A DNA stretch of 64,000 bases from an uncultured Candidatus Saccharibacteria bacterium. GTDB lineage: Bacteria > Patescibacteriota > WWE3 > UBA101185 > UBA10185. The DNA lies in assembly GCA_964385105.1 (NCBI GenBank), contig CAYLMU010000002.1, forward strand, positions 122,583-186,582, read 5' to 3'. Of this stretch, positions 48,397-59,185 are shown in pieces. Position numbers and translations under genes: made by a program. The notes under the pieces are model-generated. The model did no database searches. It saw nothing but the letters and a program-made list of their open reading frames with translations, and was not told the DNA's origin. The first letter of the stretch is position 1; each line of letters opens with the position of its first letter.

Positions 48397-49816
48397 GGAA
48401 ATTGTATTATTGTTTTTGCTTTTTGTTATAACTGTAATTCTACGATTTTCTCAGCTGGGTTATTCACACTATTATGGTGACGAAACAAAAGCGCTGTATT
48501 TAAGAAAAGATATATCAGCAACAGATTTTTTGTTTAATCAGCGAAAAGGCCCTGTTCAATTTTTGGTTGCATGGACAATGGAACAACTCACCGGTGGTTA
48601 CAACGAACTTACTACCAGATTACCTTTTGCACTCGCGGGAACAATATCGGTATTTGTAGTTTATTTGTTGGCAAAAAAGCTATACGGTCGAAAAGTCGCG
48701 TTTTTTTCTGCTTTTTTGTTTAGTTTAAACGGCTTTTTTATAGCATTTAGCCGAACCGTACAGTACCAAAGCTTTTTGTGGCTTTTTGGCTTACTGGCTA
48801 TTTACGTCGTTCTTATTGCCTTAGACCAAACTTCAACCAAAACCAAAAATATTTATTTAAGTGTTTCGGGAGCCTTGTTAGGTCTTGCTTTTTTATCTCA
48901 CTGGGATGCGGTATTTTACGCTATTCCTGTTGTTTTTTTAGTTACTCGTGCTTATTTAAATAAAAAAATCAAATTAACAGGCATAATGTACATTTTCATA
49001 CCCTTTTTTGCCATAGCCGCAATATTTTACATTCCATATTTTTTAAACGGCTTTTATGCGGTAAACTTTCACAACTACATTTTACGCAGGGCTTCTGGAA
49101 GCGACCAACTGCCCTCAAGAAGCGTATTTACATTTAACGTTTATAACCCCTATCTTGTAGGAACTTTGCTAATGACATATGCGGTATTTTCACTAAAAAA
49201 AGGTTTAACTTGGAAAAAATACTTTTTGTTTAGCTGGTTTATAGTTCCGTTTTTTGTGTTTGAGATTATTTTTTCAAATCCCGGAACTCATATTCAAAAT
49301 TACATAATTCCGTTAATTTTACTTGCAGCAGTAGGATTTTTTACGTTACATAATTACTTATTTTCAAAAAACAAAGCTCTTGGATTTTTAAATTTTTCGG
49401 TTATGGCTGTTTTGTTTGTAATGTACTTATTATTTCAAGCTCGATTATATGTTCCGGCACTTAATCAAGGAGAACCGTGGAATAGTATCGCACCTTTAAA
49501 AAATAAGTATCAAATGTTTTTGTATGGATTCCCATACAACCGAGGCTGGGATCAAATTAGAGAATATACAAAAGAAAAGAGTATAAGAAGTTTTGATACC
49601 AACGAGAATGTAGTAATTGGAGAATTTTACTTGCATGGTGTTCCGGCAACTAAACTTGTTGAACCGCAACAGTTACCTCATGCATATATATACATTTATA
49701 ATAATCAGGAAAATAAACATTTTAGCGAAGAAAAGCTTTTAGAATATTATGATGCTGAAATGGAATTTTTTGTTGATGGTGATTTGTCTGCAAGATTATA
49801 TAGGCTCAGAAAGTGA
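48374..49816 (+). CDS. GT39/ArnT-like membrane glycosyltransferase
   Basis: about 11 TM helices, HYYGDETKALYL loop; start taken at MNLSTKNK. Confidence 0.55.
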   Translation: MNLSTKNKEIVLLFLLFVITVILRFSQLGYSHYYGDETKALYLRKDISATDFLFNQRKGPVQFLVAWTMEQLTGGYNELTTRLPFALAGTISVFVVYLLAKKLYGRKVAFFSAFLFSLNGFFIAFSRTVQYQSFLWLFGLLAIYVVLIALDQTSTKTKNIYLSVSGALLGLAFLSHWDAVFYAIPVVFLVTRAYLNKKIKLTGIMYIFIPFFAIAAIFYIPYFLNGFYAVNFHNYILRRASGSDQLPSRSVFTFNVYNPYLVGTLLMTYAVFSLKKGLTWKKYFLFSWFIVPFFVFEIIFSNPGTHIQNYIIPLILLAAVGFFTLHNYLFSKNKALGFLNFSVMAVLFVMYLLFQARLYVPALNQGEPWNSIAPLKNKYQMFLYGFPYNRGWDQIREYTKEKSIRSFDTNENVVIGEFYLHGVPATKLVEPQQLPHAYIYIYNNQENKHFSEEKLLEYYDAEMEFFVDGDLSARLYRLRK

Positions 49817-49866
49817 AAATTAGGATGCGCCCACTCAAAAATTTTATGAGCGCATCCACAATCGTA

Positions 49867-49965
49867 TTACTCCCCCGTTCCCCACGGTCCGTTGGGGTCG
49901 TTTTCTTCGCCGGTGCCCCAGGGGCCATTGGGATCGTTTTCGTCTGTTTCGTATGGGTCAAACAT
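49867..49965 (-). CDS. small ORF (32 aa) encoding tandem-repeat acidic peptide MFDPYETDENDPNGPWGTGEENDPNGPWGTGE
   Basis: AGGAG RBS 8 nt upstream; perfect 12-aa repeat; absent from ORF track. Confidence 0.35.
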   Translation of the reverse strand: MFDPYETDENDPNGPWGTGEENDPNGPWGTGE

Positions 49966-49970
49966 CTCAC

Positions 49971-50138
49971 TTAACTCCTATTGTTTTTACAGATACGGCA
50001 GTTACAGTGGTAACCTATATCTGCTCGTGGACAAATCGGTTCATACTTTATTTGTTTTTCTTTCGGTTTCTGATTTTTAGAGTCACTACCAAAGTTCAAT
50101 TCCAATTGTACCGCATTACTTTGTTTTCTCTTTTTCAT
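49971..50138 (-). CDS. small ORF (55 aa) with Cys-rich C-terminus (CPRADIGYHCNCRIC)
   Basis: AAGGAG RBS; basic N-terminus, zinc-ribbon-like C-x8-HC-x-C-x2-C; 5 nt upstream of the repeat-peptide ORF. Confidence 0.35.
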   Translation of the reverse strand: MKKRKQSNAVQLELNFGSDSKNQKPKEKQIKYEPICPRADIGYHCNCRICKNNRS

Positions 50139-50233
50139 CCTACACTCCTTTATTATTTTGTATATTTTACCATGGAAAATCAGTAGAACAAAACGCTATA
50201 GGTCAATGAAAGTGCAAGATTAAAAAAATTTAA

Positions 50234-51163
50234 CTACACCTTATTTCTTCTTCTCGCTTTTTTTATTGCAAAATAAACCAAAACAAGCGGAATCCATATC
50301 ACTGAAAACACTCCAAGCCAAATAATTGCCGAGCCAATACTTTGCATCACACCAATTAATGCTCTTACAGCCAGCTTAAATACAACCTCAGGTCTCCATG
50401 TGTCTTCAGGAGTATAAGGCAGTGCAAGTTCATCCGTTGATAAATAAACTGTAATTAAAGTTGATTGTGATGTTGATTCTAAATAATTTCTTCTTCCAAC
50501 TAATATATCAATTTCATCATCAACCCTAAAAATATATTGCTGAACTTTTAAAATTTCGTCCACATCTGTTGCACTCGCCATAATTTCCTGGTATCGGGCT
50601 TTTGTTTGTTGCAATGTAGCAAGCCTGCCTTCAATATCCATATATTCATCTGTAACATCATTTGAATCAATATTTTCTGAAATTACTTTAATGCCGACTT
50701 CGCGTAAAAATTGCAACATGCTTTCTCTGTTTTCCAAAGGTACTCTAAATGTCACACTTCCTGTTCCGCCCTCTGTTGGAGTACGAACATTTGAATTTAC
50801 CACATATCCATTAAGACTTTGCACATGCTGTTGAATTGAAGTTGTTGCTTCTCTAACATCAAGAACCAATATTGAAAGTCTTGATGAAGTCACGGTCATT
50901 CTATTATTTTCATTTAGTTGTGGTGTCGGGTTATATCCAGAAGAAGGGTTTGATACTCTTGGGCTTCCCATTGATGTGGGAGTACCTAATTCCACCGTAG
51001 ATGGTTCTGCATATCGCACGGAATCACTTACACCATAATTCATGTCAACCATTTGAGTACCCAAAAGCGTAAAAACAGATTGTTTTGCCACAAAATAAAT
51101 TACGGCTATGAGTAAAATAGTTGTGATTTTATTATTACTAATCCAGCTCTTAATTCTGTTCAT
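50234..51163 (-). CDS. hypothetical membrane-anchored protein (N- and C-terminal TM)
   Basis: 309 aa; overlaps sodA stop. Confidence 0.5.
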   Translation of the reverse strand: MNRIKSWISNNKITTILLIAVIYFVAKQSVFTLLGTQMVDMNYGVSDSVRYAEPSTVELGTPTSMGSPRVSNPSSGYNPTPQLNENNRMTVTSSRLSILVLDVREATTSIQQHVQSLNGYVVNSNVRTPTEGGTGSVTFRVPLENRESMLQFLREVGIKVISENIDSNDVTDEYMDIEGRLATLQQTKARYQEIMASATDVDEILKVQQYIFRVDDEIDILVGRRNYLESTSQSTLITVYLSTDELALPYTPEDTWRPEVVFKLAVRALIGVMQSIGSAIIWLGVFSVIWIPLVLVYFAIKKARRRNKV

Positions 51164-51767
51164 TTAGTGCAGCCATAAGGCTTTCTTCTACCTTATTCCA
51201 GTTTACAACGTTCCACCAGTTTTGTATATATTCAGGTCTTTTATTTTGGTATTTTAAGTAATAAGCATGTTCCCATACATCTAATCCTAAAATAGGCGTC
51301 ATTCCCTCCATCACAGGATTATCCTGGTTAGGGGTTGAGGTTACTTTTAGTTCACCATTATCTATTACAAGCCATGCCCATCCGCTGCCAAATCTTCCGG
51401 CTGCTTCAGCTGCAAATTTGGATTTAAAGTCGTCTAGACTGCCAAAAGGCTCAGATAGCATTTGTTCAAGGGTAGGTGACGGTTTAATCTCACCGGGTGA
51501 CATAAGTTGCCAAAACAATGAGTGATTGTAATGACCTCCTCCATTATTTCTAACCGCATCTCTTTTATCTTCAGAAACTTTTTCAAGGTCACTTAAAATT
51601 TCCAAAATTGTTAAATTTTGCAATTCTTCACTTCCTTCAAGCGCTTCGTTTAATTTATTTACATAGGCCTGGTGATGCTTTGTATAGTGAATTTCCATTG
51701 TTTGGGCATCTATATATGGTTCAAGAGCAGAAAATTCGTAAGGTAGTTCGGGTAATTGATATGCCAT
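51150..51767 (-). CDS. sodA: Fe/Mn superoxide dismutase
   Basis: [36 protein letters not shown]; C-terminal DVWEHAYYL. Confidence 0.9.
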   Translation of the reverse strand: MAYQLPELPYEFSALEPYIDAQTMEIHYTKHHQAYVNKLNEALEGSEELQNLTILEILSDLEKVSEDKRDAVRNNGGGHYNHSLFWQLMSPGEIKPSPTLEQMLSEPFGSLDDFKSKFAAEAAGRFGSGWAWLVIDNGELKVTSTPNQDNPVMEGMTPILGLDVWEHAYYLKYQNKRPEYIQNWWNVVNWNKVEESLMAALNEQN

Positions 51768-51933
51768 TTAGTCTCCTTATTAATTTGCTACTGTGTTTAG
51801 TTTAGCACATGTAATTTGTAATTGTTGTTATGAACTTTTAGGGTCAAAAGAAATCAACTATCCGCTAAGTATTTTTATCGACCCGCAGGTATATTTGTAC
51901 AAAAAGAAATAATCAGTGTGATACCATGTAAAA

Positions 51934-52689
51934 ATGAATAAAATCGAGTATTCGGTAATGAATGAATTTGAAAAAAATTACTGGTGGCATCAGGGAAAAA
52001 AGTTTCTTGTTAATGAGCTTGTAAAAAAATATGGCAGCAATATTAAAAACGAAGACGGTTTAAGAATTCTTGAAATAGGATGTGGTACAGGTGAAATCAC
52101 TGAAAGTTTGCAAAAGTATGGCAATGTCACAGGAATAGACATGTCAAATGAGGCTGCAGATTTTTGCCGTGAACGAGGGCTTGAAAATATTATTGTTGCA
52201 GATATAAACACAATAAACATTGATTCACTTGAAAAATATGACTTGGTTTTGGCATTAGATGTGCTGGAACACATTCAAGATGATATCGAAGCAATAAAAC
52301 GTGTTGGCAAACTTTTGTCACAAGACGGATATTTTATAATAAACGTACCTGCATACAAGTTTTTATGGAGCGAGCATGACGAAGCCCTTCAACATAAACG
52401 CAGATATTCAACTTATGAAATTAAACGAAAGCTTGAAGATAACGGGTTTGAAATTGTTAAAATGTCATATTTTGTATTTGCTGCATTTCCGTTTATAGCA
52501 ATGTTTAAATTTTTGAAAAGTGTTTTTGGCAGGTCAGCCTATCCTAAAACCTCTTATATTCAAATTCCTAACTTTGTAAATAAGATAATGACCAAAGTGC
52601 TTGAAACAGAAGCACATTTATTAAATTACACATATTTGCCATTTGGAACTACAATTACCTTAGTTGCAAAAAAAGCTGATGTTGATTAA
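51934..52689 (+). CDS. class I SAM-dependent methyltransferase
   Basis: ILEIGCGTGEIT motif I, LALDVLEHI. Confidence 0.7.
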   Translation: MNKIEYSVMNEFEKNYWWHQGKKFLVNELVKKYGSNIKNEDGLRILEIGCGTGEITESLQKYGNVTGIDMSNEAADFCRERGLENIIVADINTINIDSLEKYDLVLALDVLEHIQDDIEAIKRVGKLLSQDGYFIINVPAYKFLWSEHDEALQHKRRYSTYEIKRKLEDNGFEIVKMSYFVFAAFPFIAMFKFLKSVFGRSAYPKTSYIQIPNFVNKIMTKVLETEAHLLNYTYLPFGTTITLVAKKADVD

Positions 52690-54160
52690 AAAAGGTCACC
52701 TAATATCTTCACGTATTTTTATCTTTTTTTTATTACTTTTTCTATTGGTGAGACTGCCCGGATTAGGATACGATATATCAAACTCTGACGCTGCAAGGTG
52801 GCACAGAAGGTCTGAAAACTTTTTGACAGCACTTAAACAAAAAGATTTTAAAAGTACATATCAGCACTATCAGCCGGGAGTTACGCTTATGTGGCTTAAT
52901 TCGTTTGTAAAGCAATCAGCTTTTTGGTTTCAACTACAATACACAGATAATCCCAAAACTTTAGAAAATGCAGATTATTACCCAATAATTCATATGATTT
53001 CAAAAGCAACTCTTGTTATTGTTTTAGGTGCTTTGTTTTTTTCACAGCTCAATTTAATTGCTAAATTGTTTTCACACAATACTGCTTATTTTTATGGCAC
53101 ATTTATAATATTTGAACCATATCTAGTCGGAAGCGACCGGTGGTTTCATTTAACTTCACTGGAATCTATGTTTGGATTTACTTCGTTTTTGTTTTTTTTG
53201 TTATGGCACAAAACGTATAGACGCGGTTTTATTATATTTTCATCCGTTTTATTTGTTTTAGCAGTATATTCAAAAATTTCAGCTCTTTTAATATTGCCTG
53301 TTATAGCATTTGTTCATATGTATTATGCTCAAAAAGAACAAAAACTGTATTTAAGAGAGTTTTTATTATTTGTTGGTACTGCTCAGTTTTTCTTTATTTT
53401 ATTATTTCCAGCAATCTGGATAGCTCCTGTTGAAGTTGTTAAAAACTTATTTTTTGCTATCGGGTCTGCTGTTGAAGGCGATTCTCTTGGAAACTATGTT
53501 ACAGGGTATTATGGCCTGTTTTATACATTAGTACTGTTATTTAAATTTTCACCCGTCTTGTTAATTTTTATGATTTTTGGTTCACTAAAGCACAAAAGAG
53601 AAAATATCAACAAAAACACTAAATTTGTGGTTTTATACTTTTTTACATTTTTAATTGCTTTAAGTGCTGCAGACAAAAAAATTGATAGATATGCAATTAC
53701 CTTGTTTCCACCACTTATTTTGCTTACTTCTGAATCTTTGTCCAAAATCCCCAATTTTAATAAACTCATTGTTTTTGTATTTTCAGCTTTATTTTTTGTT
53801 TTTGTCACGTATGTTTACTTTCCGGTGTATTCAGCCTATTACTCTCCCCTTTTCGGAAAAAACAGTATGAAAATTGCACAAAAGTTAAACGTTTATGATA
53901 ATAGCGGAGAATACTATGCTCAGGCTGCTTTTTATTTAAATACAAAAAGCAGGGACACAAATGTTTGGGTTCCGCATAATATTGATTCGTTTAGATATTT
54001 TTATAAAGGTAACTTTAGCCCAATAAAATCTGAAAGTACTGATTTTGCAGTTACATCAATTGATCATTTTGACGAAATTTTTTCAATTTGTGGTGAAGTA
54101 GACAAAAGTTTTGGTTCTAAGCTTAGTGATGTAGTTTATGTTTTTAAGTGCAGGTATTAA
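52664..54160 (+). CDS. GT39/ArnT-like membrane glycosyltransferase
   Basis: 498 aa polytopic; paralogous in architecture to 48374-49816. Confidence 0.5.
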   Translation: MQKKLMLIKKGHLISSRIFIFFLLLFLLVRLPGLGYDISNSDAARWHRRSENFLTALKQKDFKSTYQHYQPGVTLMWLNSFVKQSAFWFQLQYTDNPKTLENADYYPIIHMISKATLVIVLGALFFSQLNLIAKLFSHNTAYFYGTFIIFEPYLVGSDRWFHLTSLESMFGFTSFLFFLLWHKTYRRGFIIFSSVLFVLAVYSKISALLILPVIAFVHMYYAQKEQKLYLREFLLFVGTAQFFFILLFPAIWIAPVEVVKNLFFAIGSAVEGDSLGNYVTGYYGLFYTLVLLFKFSPVLLIFMIFGSLKHKRENINKNTKFVVLYFFTFLIALSAADKKIDRYAITLFPPLILLTSESLSKIPNFNKLIVFVFSALFFVFVTYVYFPVYSAYYSPLFGKNSMKIAQKLNVYDNSGEYYAQAAFYLNTKSRDTNVWVPHNIDSFRYFYKGNFSPIKSESTDFAVTSIDHFDEIFSICGEVDKSFGSKLSDVVYVFKCRY

Positions 54161-54170
54161 AATATATTAA

Positions 54171-55076
54171 ATGACAAAAGTATCGGTCATAATACCTAAC
54201 TACAATACCAAAGACATTTTGCACGAGTGTCTTCAAAATTTATTTTCTATAGGAAAAAATCTAAAAGAAATAACATTTGAAATTATAGTTGTTGATATTG
54301 CATCTGTTGACGGTTCAGTTGAAATGGTTGAGCAAGAGTTTAAAGATGTGATTTTAATTGCAAGCTCCGAAAATAAAGGTTTAGCATACGCAAATAATCT
54401 GGGGCTTGAAAAATCCACATCAAACTATTTACTTTATTTAGGCACGGATGCATTTCCCTCGGAGGAAACCATTGAAGGTATGGTTTCTTACATGGAGAAA
54501 AACCCTAATGTTGGTATTTCTACACCTAAACTACTGCTTAGATCGGGTTTGCCTGACATGGATGCTCATCGCGGATTTCCCACACCTTGGGCGTCATTTA
54601 CGCATTTCACTAAGTTAAATAAGCTATTTCCAAAATCAAAAATCTTTAATAAATATTTTCTCGGATGGGAAAGTCTTCATACACCACATGAAATAGATTT
54701 ATGCATCTCACATTTTATGCTTATTCAAAAAAAAGTATTTGAAAAAATAGGAAAATGGGATGAAGATTTTTTTGTTTTTGGTGAGGATGTTGATTTATGT
54801 TACAGAACAAAAAAAGCAGGATTCAAAATTATGTATTTAGGCCAGTTTACTGCTTTACACTATAAAGGAGTGAGTGTTGGCAGAAAAGAAAGTTCAGATA
54901 TAAAAACAATTTCAAACCAGTCAAGTCAAACACGTAAACGAATGCGCAGCGAAACTACCCGAGCCATGAGACTTTTTTACAACAAACATTACAAAGATAA
55001 ATACCATCCCCTTGTTACTGCTGCAACACTAGCTGCCGTATCGCTTCTTGAAAGAATACGAAATTTACGAGTTTAA
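54171..55076 (+). CDS. family 2 glycosyltransferase
   Basis: N-terminus VSVIIPNYNTKDIL. Confidence 0.7.
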   Translation: MTKVSVIIPNYNTKDILHECLQNLFSIGKNLKEITFEIIVVDIASVDGSVEMVEQEFKDVILIASSENKGLAYANNLGLEKSTSNYLLYLGTDAFPSEETIEGMVSYMEKNPNVGISTPKLLLRSGLPDMDAHRGFPTPWASFTHFTKLNKLFPKSKIFNKYFLGWESLHTPHEIDLCISHFMLIQKKVFEKIGKWDEDFFVFGEDVDLCYRTKKAGFKIMYLGQFTALHYKGVSVGRKESSDIKTISNQSSQTRKRMRSETTRAMRLFYNKHYKDKYHPLVTAATLAAVSLLERIRNLRV

Positions 55077-55091
55077 ACTCAAGCAACTAGT

Positions 55092-55640
55092 GTGCTTTAT
55101 GTGTTAAACTCAATAATTGAGGTTATGAAAAACTTGAGTAAAAAGCTATTAAACGATAAACCGGTATTATTACTGTTAATTTTGTCTGTATTTGGATTAT
55201 TTTTATCTTTATTTTTGGCTTATGAGTATTCTCAACCCCGACCCGTAACCTGTCTTCAAGCTTCAGATGACTGTGAATCTGTCAGAAATAGTGAGTATGC
55301 TGTTTTATTGGGAGTATCAGTTCCTTTTTGGGGAGTGTTGTACTTTATGTTTGTTGCTGTTTATTTATTAGCTATAAAAGGTTTGGACTTGCATGAAAAA
55401 CATCACTATTCATTAATAATACCAATGTCACTTGCCTTTATCTTTGAATCTTATTTAACCTATGTGCAATTTGTGATTATAAACGCTATTTGTACCTGGT
55501 GTCTTATAGTTGAAGCAATTGTGACTATTATGTTTATAATTTACCTTGTTACATTAAATAAGCCGCAAAGTTCAAATGAACAAAATACCGATGAGGCAGA
55601 AATTGCTCCTGCCCCATCAAATATATCATCAAACATCTAA
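55092..55640 (+). CDS. vitamin K epoxide reductase (VKOR)-family membrane protein
   Basis: 4 TM; loop Cys pair CLQASDDC and active-site CTWC. Confidence 0.5.
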   Translation: MLYVLNSIIEVMKNLSKKLLNDKPVLLLLILSVFGLFLSLFLAYEYSQPRPVTCLQASDDCESVRNSEYAVLLGVSVPFWGVLYFMFVAVYLLAIKGLDLHEKHHYSLIIPMSLAFIFESYLTYVQFVIINAICTWCLIVEAIVTIMFIIYLVTLNKPQSSNEQNTDEAEIAPAPSNISSNI

Positions 55641-56170
55641 GTAATAATCATATCAGTAATTACATGTTCAGCATTGTTTTCATCCATTAGTTGTTCTATG
55701 TCATTACCGTCATTTTTTGCATTAACTGCTATCATTACTGCTCCCTCTTCAATTCTCTCCTGATACATTTGTGCTGTAGCTTCATCTACGCCTAATTCTT
55801 TCAAAGCTCCGATTATACCTCCGGCAAGAGCTCCTGTGACTGCACCTGTTGCTGTTGTACCAACTATACCGCTTAATCCTAAGGCCGTTGCAATTGGCCC
55901 TGAAACAAATAAAGCACCAATTCCTGGTAAAGTAAGTGCGCCTACCCCCGCCAATAAACCTAATACTCCGCCAATAACACCTCCGGTTGCAGCTGCATCT
56001 GCAACTCCTTCGGTTGCATCATTTTCAATTTGAACGGCGTCTTCCTGTGTAATAATAGATACCTCATCAGCTGTGTAACCCCTACTTTCAATATCTGCTA
56101 AAAAATTGTTAGCATCAGTTACACTGTCAAATAATCCTGCTATAACATTTGCCATAATAGCTCCTTTCAA
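55637..56170 (-). CDS. glycine-zipper membrane protein (DUF1269-like)
   Basis: Gly/Ala-rich repeats GGVIGGVLGLLAGVGA. Confidence 0.45.
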   Translation of the reverse strand: MKGAIMANVIAGLFDSVTDANNFLADIESRGYTADEVSIITQEDAVQIENDATEGVADAAATGGVIGGVLGLLAGVGALTLPGIGALFVSGPIATALGLSGIVGTTATGAVTGALAGGIIGALKELGVDEATAQMYQERIEEGAVMIAVNAKNDGNDIEQLMDENNAEHVITDMIIT

Positions 56171-56254
56171 AATTTTAAGTTTATACTAATTTTCATAGTA
56201 ATAATCCTGCTTAAGTGTGAAGTTATAAAACTGTTAGAGGTTAATAAGAAAAGT

Positions 56255-57427
56255 TTACTGGCCAATTATATAAAGTTCTTCTTTTGCACGTGTTACAGCG
56301 GTATAAAGCCATCTTTTCCAATTCTCATCATCCATTTTAGAAAATCTTTCTTCAAAAACTATAACTTTTTTTGCTTCGCTACCTTGAGCCTTGTGAACTG
56401 TCAATGCGTACCCAAAATCAAAAATATCATTTTCACCTAAGACTTTTCTATTTTTTGTAAAATTAATGGGCTCAAGGCTATTAAATTGTTGCTTGTAGAT
56501 ATTGCCTTTGTAAAGTGAGCCGCCTTCCATTGTAATTTCACTTGAATACCATTCATCATCTATCGGGTAAATTTTATCAATTGTTCCCAGCATCCCATTA
56601 AAAACCTGCTTATCATGATTGTTTCTTAAGCAAATAACCCGGTCTTTTGCTCCCGGTTCAGGCTCCTCAAATCCAAGTAAATTTCTTATTGTGTTATTAA
56701 GTTTTACTCTTGTTTGATTGTAACCGCATAATATTAGGGTTTCACTATCAAAGCGGTTTAACAGGTTTTCTGTTTTTTCATAAGCATCAAGGCTTTCTGC
56801 TTGTGAAATTTTTGCAACTTTTTTTCCATATTCACCAGCAGGTATTTCACCCGTCTCTCGTGCCATAATTGAGAGCTTAATAATGGGGTTTTCTGCCATC
56901 TGACGGTGTATAGTTTCAAGTTTGAGAATGGGTTCTTTCATTAAATTAAAATTTCCTTCTATTGGAGGTAGCTGTCCATGATCACCAACTGCAATTATAG
57001 GAATTTTATAAGAAACTAAGTCATACCAAATTTGCGCGTCTACCATAGACGCCTCATCAACAATAATTAAGTTTGCTTTAATTTCATCTTTTCGTGACCA
57101 GCCAATTATTTCATGATCCGAACTTTCTATAGGAGAATAAATTAACGAATGTATAGTTCCGACAGTATCGCCTTTATACACAGCCCCCAATTGTTCAAGT
57201 TTGTTTTTTAAAACTAATGAACCTTTTCCGGTATAGCTGCAGAATGCTACCTTTAAAGTTTTATCAACATCATTTTTATATAAAATTTTTCTAAATAATG
57301 AAATTAAAGTTGTTTTTCCGGTACCGGCATACCCCCCTAATGTTATATATGGCGAGCTCTTGAATTGATGCCACTTATATAAATGCTCCAATACAGCTCG
57401 TTGGTCAGGCGTTAGTTCTAAATTCAT
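56255..57427 (-). CDS. SF1 ATP-dependent DNA helicase, RecD/Pif1-like (390 aa)
   Basis: Walker A GGYAGTGKTTLI, DEASMVD motif II, C-terminal UvrD_C_2-like. Confidence 0.7.
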   Translation of the reverse strand: MNLELTPDQRAVLEHLYKWHQFKSSPYITLGGYAGTGKTTLISLFRKILYKNDVDKTLKVAFCSYTGKGSLVLKNKLEQLGAVYKGDTVGTIHSLIYSPIESSDHEIIGWSRKDEIKANLIIVDEASMVDAQIWYDLVSYKIPIIAVGDHGQLPPIEGNFNLMKEPILKLETIHRQMAENPIIKLSIMARETGEIPAGEYGKKVAKISQAESLDAYEKTENLLNRFDSETLILCGYNQTRVKLNNTIRNLLGFEEPEPGAKDRVICLRNNHDKQVFNGMLGTIDKIYPIDDEWYSSEITMEGGSLYKGNIYKQQFNSLEPINFTKNRKVLGENDIFDFGYALTVHKAQGSEAKKVIVFEERFSKMDDENWKRWLYTAVTRAKEELYIIGQ

Positions 57428-57453
57428 AACAAAGCTAGAATATCACAAAAAGT

Positions 57454-57744
57454 TTAAAATTTTTGAATGTTTGAGAATATAAAAAATGCGGTAAATTGTA
57501 TAATTCCAATTCCAATAGTTAAGGGCATTAAGTTAAATACGCGATGAACGGTAAATAACCCAATACACAGAACAATCAAAAATGCAATTTTTACAGGCCA
57601 TGTTTTTTTTAAATATTGAACACTGCCTAGTGAATAATACGCAGCTCCTGCTAATATTAATGTAAGAAAAAAGCCTAAAGGTCCAAGTTTAAATAATATA
57701 ACTCCAAGATTAATAAGCAGCACAACCACAAGTAATTGATTCAT
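57454..57744 (-). CDS. small hypothetical membrane protein (3 TM)
   Basis: 96-aa hydrophobic ORF. Confidence 0.4.
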   Translation of the reverse strand: MNQLLVVVLLINLGVILFKLGPLGFFLTLILAGAAYYSLGSVQYLKKTWPVKIAFLIVLCIGLFTVHRVFNLMPLTIGIGIIQFTAFFIFSNIQKF

Positions 57745-57794
57745 ACTTAAAGATTATCATTTGTAATACTATTTTTCTATATTAAGATTAAGTT

Positions 57795-58610
57795 ATGAGG
57801 TCTCTGCGTTTAAATATTCACTCCGAAATGCCTATTGTAGGATTAGGTACATGGCAATTAAAAGGAAAAAGCTGCCAAAATGCTGTATCTTACGCTTTAG
57901 AAATCGGGTACAGGCATATTGATACAGCCGACGTATATGAAAATCACAACGACATTGGTATAGCAATTAATAATAGCGATGTTCCTCGTGATAAGGTTTT
58001 TATAACCACAAAAGTATGGAGGAGTGATTTAAGGCCAAATACTGCAAAAGAATCAGCTTACAGGTTTTTGGAAGAGCTTGATACTTCCTACATTGATTTA
58101 CTGCTTATTCACTGGCCAAACAAAAGTATTCCAATAAGCGATACTTTAAGCGCTTTTAACGAATTACAGCATGAGGGGGTAATTAGAGCTATTGGTGTTT
58201 CAAACTTCACAATAAGTCATTTAAAAGAAGCTTTAAATACAGGAATTGAAATTGTGAATAATCAGGTTGAGTTTCACCCGACTTTATATCAAAAAGAACT
58301 AAAAGAATTTTGTGATGAAAATAATATCGTACTCACTGCATATTCACCCATTGGTCAGGGTAGAGACTTAAAACTGGATATAATTAAAGATTTGGCCGAC
58401 AAATACAATAAGCTACCTTCGCAAATAGTTTTAAAATGGATTATTTCTAAGAATATAGCTGTAATACCCCGCTCAGGTAATCATGATCATATAAAGCAAA
58501 ATATTGAGCTGTTTGACTGGGAAATCGCCCCGGAAGATTTAAATGAAATTGATAATCTGCATAAAAACAACCGCTTATTTTCACCTCATTACAATGAGTT
58601 TAAGTTTTAA
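57795..58610 (+). CDS. aldo/keto reductase
   Basis: IDTADVYENHNDIG, LLIHWP, VSNF motifs. Confidence 0.8.
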   Translation: MRSLRLNIHSEMPIVGLGTWQLKGKSCQNAVSYALEIGYRHIDTADVYENHNDIGIAINNSDVPRDKVFITTKVWRSDLRPNTAKESAYRFLEELDTSYIDLLLIHWPNKSIPISDTLSAFNELQHEGVIRAIGVSNFTISHLKEALNTGIEIVNNQVEFHPTLYQKELKEFCDENNIVLTAYSPIGQGRDLKLDIIKDLADKYNKLPSQIVLKWIISKNIAVIPRSGNHDHIKQNIELFDWEIAPEDLNEIDNLHKNNRLFSPHYNEFKF

Positions 58611-58614
58611 TTAT

Positions 58615-58645
58615 TAAAAACCCCGCTTAGATGCGGGGTCGCTTA
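58615..58645 (-). terminator. rho-independent terminator downstream of the Hsp20 gene
   Basis: CCCCGC-TTAGAT-GCGGGG hairpin (58621-58638) followed on the minus strand by TTTTT. Confidence 0.6.
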
Positions 58646-58654
58646 AAAAATTAT

Positions 58655-59077
58655 TTACTCTTGGCTTACATTTATTCTTTTTGGTTGTGCTTTTTCGGAT
58701 TTAGGGAAAACTACCGTCATTACGCCGTTTTTGCATTTAGCAGTAGGCTCATTGTTTTCGTCAATATCTCCGGGAAGAGCAACATTATATGAAAAACTAC
58801 GTGCCGCTCTTCTATAATATTTTTTACTTTCATCTTCTTCTTTTGTTTTTGATTCACCTCTAATCCATAGTCTGCCTTTGTCCACTGTAACCTCTACATC
58901 AGACGGATCAACACCTGGAATAGCTGCTTCTACATAAACATTATTTTCGTCCTCGTAAACTGAAAGGCCGCTTTGCGAGCCAAAAGTAATTAAATTATCC
59001 TCTTCGTCATTCCAGATTGAAGGTGATCTGAATGACGGAAATTGCCAAAAAGTACTTGGAATTAAATCAAAAGCCAT
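58655..59077 (-). CDS. Hsp20/alpha-crystallin small heat-shock protein
   Basis: alpha-crystallin domain signature ...VALPGDID...NGVMTVVFPK. Confidence 0.75.
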   Translation of the reverse strand: MAFDLIPSTFWQFPSFRSPSIWNDEEDNLITFGSQSGLSVYEDENNVYVEAAIPGVDPSDVEVTVDKGRLWIRGESKTKEEDESKKYYRRAARSFSYNVALPGDIDENNEPTAKCKNGVMTVVFPKSEKAQPKRINVSQE

Positions 59078-59185
59078 AATTTCCTCCTAATAAACTTTAT
59101 ACTTTTATCACTTTTATATCATGAGTGCTAATTTTATGTCAAGGCATAATATGCTGTACTTACAGGATTCTTACACAACACAAAT

